From Desulfobulbus propionicus DSM 2032 (lineage in GTDB: Bacteria > Desulfobacterota > Desulfobulbia > Desulfobulbales > Desulfobulbaceae), in assembly GCF_000186885.1 (NCBI RefSeq), contig NC_014972.1:2280001-2312000 (forward strand): DNA of 32,000 nucleotides, given 5' to 3'. The position numbers were made by a program, and so were the translations under genes. Under the pieces are notes generated by a model. The model was not told where the DNA came from and searched no databases. It saw nothing but the letters and a program-made list of their open reading frames with translations. How positions within the stretch are numbered: position 1 is the first letter of the stretch; each line of letters begins with the position of its first letter. Of the stretch, positions 28,053-32,000 are shown piece by piece.

Positions 28053-29768
28053 CTATTCCTTCCGCACCTCCTTTGTGCCGTTCGCGGCACTCTCCATATC
28101 GTTTTGTATTAAGGATAAAATCTTACTTTTGCCCACATATTCACGGCTGGTAAAGCCGGTCATGGCGGTCATTTTCTGGGTCAAGTCGCCGATCTGCTTG
28201 AGGTTGCGGATGATCACCGCCAGTTCCTCCTGCGCTTCGGCCGGCAACGCATCCTCGGCGAGCAATTGCGCCGTGCCCAGGGCCGCGAACAACGGGCTGT
28301 TGATCTCATGGGCGACGGTACCGGCCAGCTCAACGATGCCCTGCAACTTGCCGCTCTGGATCTTTTCCGCCTCAAGCATATGCTCGCTGGTGATGTCACG
28401 GATGATCTCAATCACATACGCAACCCGTCCACTGTCGTCATGAATTGGCGAGGCCGTGCGCTCAAACCAGCGCAGCTGATCATCGGAGCGAAATTCCTGA
28501 ACAAAGGGACGCATTTCCTCGCCCTGCAGGATCTGGTCGACCGGGCAAGCTGCTTCGCCTTCGCCGGCTTGACACAGCGCTGTGTAGTGCGTGCCCACCA
28601 CCTCGCGTTCCGTCTTGCCCGCCGCGTCGAGAAACACCCGGTTGGCCAGCACCACCCGGCGGTTGCGATCCAATACCAGCAACTGATGCCGCAAACTGTT
28701 GATGATGTCGCCGAGAAATTTCTCGTGCTCCTTGATCTGCTCCAACAAACGGTTGATCCGCTGATAGTTGCGCGCATTGCGGATGGCCGTGCCGCCGACC
28801 TCGGCCAGGGTGGCGGCAAACCGGACTTCGGCATCGGAAAACACTCGCGGCTCGTCGGTGAGAATCCGCATCACCCCAATCACCTCGCCATTGACCTTCA
28901 CCGGCACCGCCAGCAACGACACAATCCCCTCCTCGATCATCTGCTGGTGATAGTCGATGCGCTGATCATGACTGACGTCGTAGATCGCCACCGGTTCCCC
29001 CGCGAGCACCATCTGAATGTTGCGTTCCTTTTCGATCTCGCCGCGATTGAGATAAGCGCCGGAAACCCCGTGGGAGGCGGCCAGGCGCAGAACACCTGAT
29101 TCGGGATCGACCAGGCGCAGGGTGCAGCCCTTGGCCCGCATGGTGACCGCGGCCCGCTCGGCCAGGGCGCCGAGGATGCCCTCCAGATTCAGGGTCGAAT
29201 TGACCAGGGAAGAAATGCCCTGGATCTCACGGAGAAAGCTCAACTGGGCTTCCATGTTCTTGAACAACCGCCCGTGGGAGATGGCAATCCCCACCTGCTC
29301 GGCCAGGGCCATGGCAAAGGAGATCTCCTCGGAGGAAAAACTGCGGGCCCTCCGGGTCAACAACCGCATGATGCCGATCAGATCTCCCTGAAAAAGAATC
29401 GGCAGGGTCAGCACGCTCTTGATTCCTTCCCGGTGGGCCGCCTCACGAAAAGGCAGAAACGGGTCTTCGTCGACATGGGCGCTGAAAACCGGATATCCGG
29501 AACGGATCATGGCCAGGGTTTCCTCGGCGTCGATCACATCGCGGGAGAGGTATTCCAGCGACACACCGTGCGCCGCTCCAAGCACAAAGGTCCGGGTGGA
29601 GGTGTCGAGCAACCGGATGGTGCAGGCGTCGATGTCCAGCAGGGCCGGCAGGGCGCGCACTATGGTGTCCATCACCTCTTGATGATCAAGGACCACCGAG
29701 GTCAGCCGGGTCACCTGTTGCAAGACCCCTAAAAATTGCTGCTCGCGGGATTGGGAGTTGTTCACCAC
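28053..29768 (-). CDS. GAF-GAF-PAS-HisKA(DHp) signalling protein lacking an HATPase_c catalytic domain
   Basis: Two GAF-like regions (..IDACTIRLLD.. / ..AKGCTLRLVD..), one PAS region, and the H-box AGTVAHEINSPLFAALG. The protein ends about 85 aa after the His with no N/G1/F/G2 boxes. GTG start at 29768. Confidence 0.8.
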   Translation of the reverse strand: MVNNSQSREQQFLGVLQQVTRLTSVVLDHQEVMDTIVRALPALLDIDACTIRLLDTSTRTFVLGAAHGVSLEYLSRDVIDAEETLAMIRSGYPVFSAHVDEDPFLPFREAAHREGIKSVLTLPILFQGDLIGIMRLLTRRARSFSSEEISFAMALAEQVGIAISHGRLFKNMEAQLSFLREIQGISSLVNSTLNLEGILGALAERAAVTMRAKGCTLRLVDPESGVLRLAASHGVSGAYLNRGEIEKERNIQMVLAGEPVAIYDVSHDQRIDYHQQMIEEGIVSLLAVPVKVNGEVIGVMRILTDEPRVFSDAEVRFAATLAEVGGTAIRNARNYQRINRLLEQIKEHEKFLGDIINSLRHQLLVLDRNRRVVLANRVFLDAAGKTEREVVGTHYTALCQAGEGEAACPVDQILQGEEMRPFVQEFRSDDQLRWFERTASPIHDDSGRVAYVIEIIRDITSEHMLEAEKIQSGKLQGIVELAGTVAHEINSPLFAALGTAQLLAEDALPAEAQEELAVIIRNLKQIGDLTQKMTAMTGFTSREYVGKSKILSLIQNDMESAANGTKEVRKE

Positions 29769-29818
29769 CTGCGGCCCCCTGCTCGTTCCCTATTCACCCT
29801 GAGTTCCACCTGACCCAC

Positions 29819-30190
29819 TCAGGCCCTTGGCTTGGCGGCCAGCACCTTGTCCACCTTTTCTTCCAGCTCTGTCCGGTCGATGGGTTTGACGCAGTATTCG
29901 TCCGCCCCAAGACTGATCGCTTCGCGCGCGGTCTCCACCGTCGGATACCCGGTGAGCATGATCGCCCGCATCGAGGGATTGTCCTCCTTCAAAATAGCCA
30001 GCACCTCGATGCCGCTCATCTTTTTGAGCTTGATGTCGAGAATCGCCAGATCCACAGGATGCTGGCGGGCAAAGGCGATAGCCGCGTCCTCTTCGGTGAA
30101 GGTATGGACCACATGTCCCTTTTTCTTGAGAATCTTACCGACCAGCACGGTGGCGTCGAGCACATCGTCCAGGGTGAGAATTTCAGCCAT
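29819..30190 (-). CDS. single-domain response regulator (REC only, CheY-like)
   Basis: LTLDD acidic pocket, phospho-acceptor context LAILDIKL, MLTGY, CVKP. 123 aa. SD AAGGAGG. Confidence 0.88.
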   Translation of the reverse strand: MAEILTLDDVLDATVLVGKILKKKGHVVHTFTEEDAAIAFARQHPVDLAILDIKLKKMSGIEVLAILKEDNPSMRAIMLTGYPTVETAREAISLGADEYCVKPIDRTELEEKVDKVLAAKPRA

Positions 30191-30219
30191 TTGTTCCTCC
30201 TTGCTCTGAATCCAAATGG

Positions 30220-31782
30220 TTATTCTTTTATCGCTGCCGTTTCCTCGGCTTCGGGCAGCGCCAGGCGGAACAGGGTGCCCGGCAGCTGGGTGCCGGCCGG
30301 TCCGGAAACGGGACTTTCAATTTCAATGGTCCCGCCGTGCTCCTGAATAATGCCGTAGGAAACCGAAAGCCCCAAACCGGTCCCCTTCCCCACCGGCTTG
30401 GTGGTGAAAAAGGGGTCGAAAATCCGCGCCTTGATGTGTTCCGGAATACCGTGGCCACTGTCGCGAACCTCGGCAATGACCTTACCGGTCTGGCGGTCGA
30501 AGCGGGTGGCAAGGTGCAACTCGCCGCTGCCCTGCCCTTCCATGGCGTGATGGGCGTTGTTGATCAGATTGACGACCACCTGGCGCAGCTTTTCCGGGTC
30601 GCCGACAATGGGCGGCAGATCGGGGGCCAACGTCAACAGCACCTTGATATGACTGAGGTTGAGACTGTGTTCGGTGATCGCCACGGCATCCTCGATGATC
30701 TCGTTGACATCCACCGTTTCCCGGGCGCTGCCCGATTGGCGCGAATACTTGAGCAGATCGGCCACAATCTTGCGGCTGGCCTTGGTCTGACGCTCGATGA
30801 CTTCAAGGTTCTGGTATGTTTCCGAATCCTTGTCAAAATCATCCATCATCAACTGGGCGTACCCAAGAATGATGCCGAGCGGCGTATTGATCTCGTGGGC
30901 GATACCGGCGGCCATCTGTCCGACCGAGGCCATCTTTTCGCTGGACACCAGCTGCTCCATCATGGTCTTCAGCCGGGTCAAATCCTTGGCAATCCCTTCG
31001 GAGCCGATGATGTTGCCCTGTTCGTCATAGAGGGCGGTGGCCGAAATCAGCACGTAAATGGTCGTGCCGTCCTTTTTCTTGAATTCGGATTCGAGATCAC
31101 GAATATATCCATCCTTTTCCAGCATCACGGCGTAGGTGCGCACATCTCCCTCGTGGCGGAAAATATCGCGCAGAGTCAGCCGGGAGAGCTCATCGGCCGT
31201 GTAGCCCAGCATTTCCGAACCCGAGGCATTCATATCAAGAATTGCGTGACTGCTGTCGGAAAAAAAGACCATGTCCTTGGAGGCGGTGAACAGATGACGA
31301 AATTTCCGCTCCGACTTGGACAGCTCGGCCGTGCGCTCCTCGACCTTGTCTTCCAGGTTGAGGTTCAACTCCTTCAGTTCGTTGGCGGTTTGGGTTAGAC
31401 GAATCTTGGACTGTTTGAGCTTGGCCGCCTCCTGCTCAATGGCCTCGTATGCCTGCACTCCCTTGTGATAAAAAATCATCACTGCGGCCACTGAAATCAT
31501 GCACAGGGTATTGAACCCTCCGGAATAGGGGGCAATGCCCTGCCAAAGTTCCCCCCTGCCGACAATAAAAAGCAGTTCCTTGGCGATGTGGCCAACGGCC
31601 CTGGACACGGCAAAGGCGGTAATCGCCAGGGTGACGTAGAAAAGGCAACCCCAGAGAAAATTCTCCGGCTTGAGCCGGGTGAGACGAAAGGCGTACCACA
31701 GGGACAAAAAGGAAAAAAGGATATTGGCCGCCGAGCCGGCGATGTCGACAATGATGGTCGGCAGCAGGGGCAGGCCGTTCAT
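30220..31782 (-). CDS. membrane-anchored PAS sensor histidine kinase (about 4 TM + coiled coil + PAS + HisKA + HATPase_c)
   Basis: Hydrophobic N-terminus with no large periplasmic loop. H-box [19 protein letters not shown]-box [10 protein letters not shown]1 RDSGHGIP, G2 [12 protein letters not shown] 31782 is preceded by GGGGAG and overlaps the upstream ORF's stop (ATGA). Confidence 0.88.
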   Translation of the reverse strand: MNGLPLLPTIIVDIAGSAANILFSFLSLWYAFRLTRLKPENFLWGCLFYVTLAITAFAVSRAVGHIAKELLFIVGRGELWQGIAPYSGGFNTLCMISVAAVMIFYHKGVQAYEAIEQEAAKLKQSKIRLTQTANELKELNLNLEDKVEERTAELSKSERKFRHLFTASKDMVFFSDSSHAILDMNASGSEMLGYTADELSRLTLRDIFRHEGDVRTYAVMLEKDGYIRDLESEFKKKDGTTIYVLISATALYDEQGNIIGSEGIAKDLTRLKTMMEQLVSSEKMASVGQMAAGIAHEINTPLGIILGYAQLMMDDFDKDSETYQNLEVIERQTKASRKIVADLLKYSRQSGSARETVDVNEIIEDAVAITEHSLNLSHIKVLLTLAPDLPPIVGDPEKLRQVVVNLINNAHHAMEGQGSGELHLATRFDRQTGKVIAEVRDSGHGIPEHIKARIFDPFFTTKPVGKGTGLGLSVSYGIIQEHGGTIEIESPVSGPAGTQLPGTLFRLALPEAEETAAIKE

Positions 31783-32000
31783 TTGCCGCTCCCCGCCGAG
31801 GCGGTGACCACCGAACGATAAAACGAACGCAGGCCGAGAAAGAGGCAGAAAAGGGCCGGCACGTACATCAGATGATCGAGCTTGGTGATGAAATAGAGAT
31901 ACTGGTGCAGGGTCAGGGGGCCAACCAGCCGGGTCTGCAGGTAGCAATCGGTCTGCAACAGGGCCTGCGGATCGAGATAGACACCGACAAGATGACCAAT
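31779..32000 (-). CDS. 3-prime end of an upstream gene (partial, runs off the window); hydrophobic C-terminus
   Basis: My own translation of the minus strand from 32000: [73 protein letters not shown]. It is open to the window edge. Its TGA overlaps the kinase ATG. It is absent from the ORF track because it has no start inside the window. Confidence 0.5.
   Translation of the reverse strand: MGHLVGVYLDPQALLQTDCYLQTRLVGPLTLHQYLYFITKLDHLMYVPALFCLFLGLRSFYRSVVTASAGSGK

Noticed and set aside
28053-28210. GAF-PAS-DHp protein as a frameshifted pseudogene of a normal kinase
   Set aside because: Only 158 nt separate its stop from the next gene, too little for an HATPase_c domain in any frame. The ORF is otherwise intact.

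Overview
GC-rich bacterial chromosomal window (by eye about 55-60 % GC, with a few AT-rich patches). I call 36 protein-coding genes. I saw no rRNA, tRNA, CRISPR array, transposase or integrase. Gene content and order resemble an anaerobic Desulfobacterota/deltaproteobacterium; this is inference only. Left to right: a small hypothetical ORF; an AT-rich islet encoding a periplasmic diheme cytochrome c; an amidohydrolase-fold protein that has lost its metal and catalytic residues; a minus-strand run of malic enzyme, DUF1848, a FIST-like protein and a small ORF; a plus-strand operon of Fe-alcohol dehydrogenase, cytoplasmic PAS histidine kinase and sigma-54 (NtrC-type) response regulator. A long minus-strand housekeeping array follows: yceD-rpmF-plsX-fabH-[acyl-CoA dehydrogenase-etfB-etfA]-fabG-acpP-fabF-rpiB-nrdR-ribD. 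Next come the mlaE-F-D-A-C lipid-asymmetry operon and a monocistronic PilZ gene. Last is a signalling/transport locus: partial membrane ORF, membrane PAS kinase, single-domain receiver, a GAF-GAF-PAS-DHp protein with no ATPase domain, and a TauE/SafE transporter split into two genes, the first carrying a large periplasmic domain. Most interesting: (1) an ACAD/EtfBA module with a ferredoxin-fused EtfA sits in the slot normally held by fabD and is translationally coupled to fabG; (2) the split TauE transporter and its unusual phosphorelay locus; (3) the apparently catalytically dead amidohydrolase. All calls rest on reading the translated ORFs and the DNA by eye. No database search was run.
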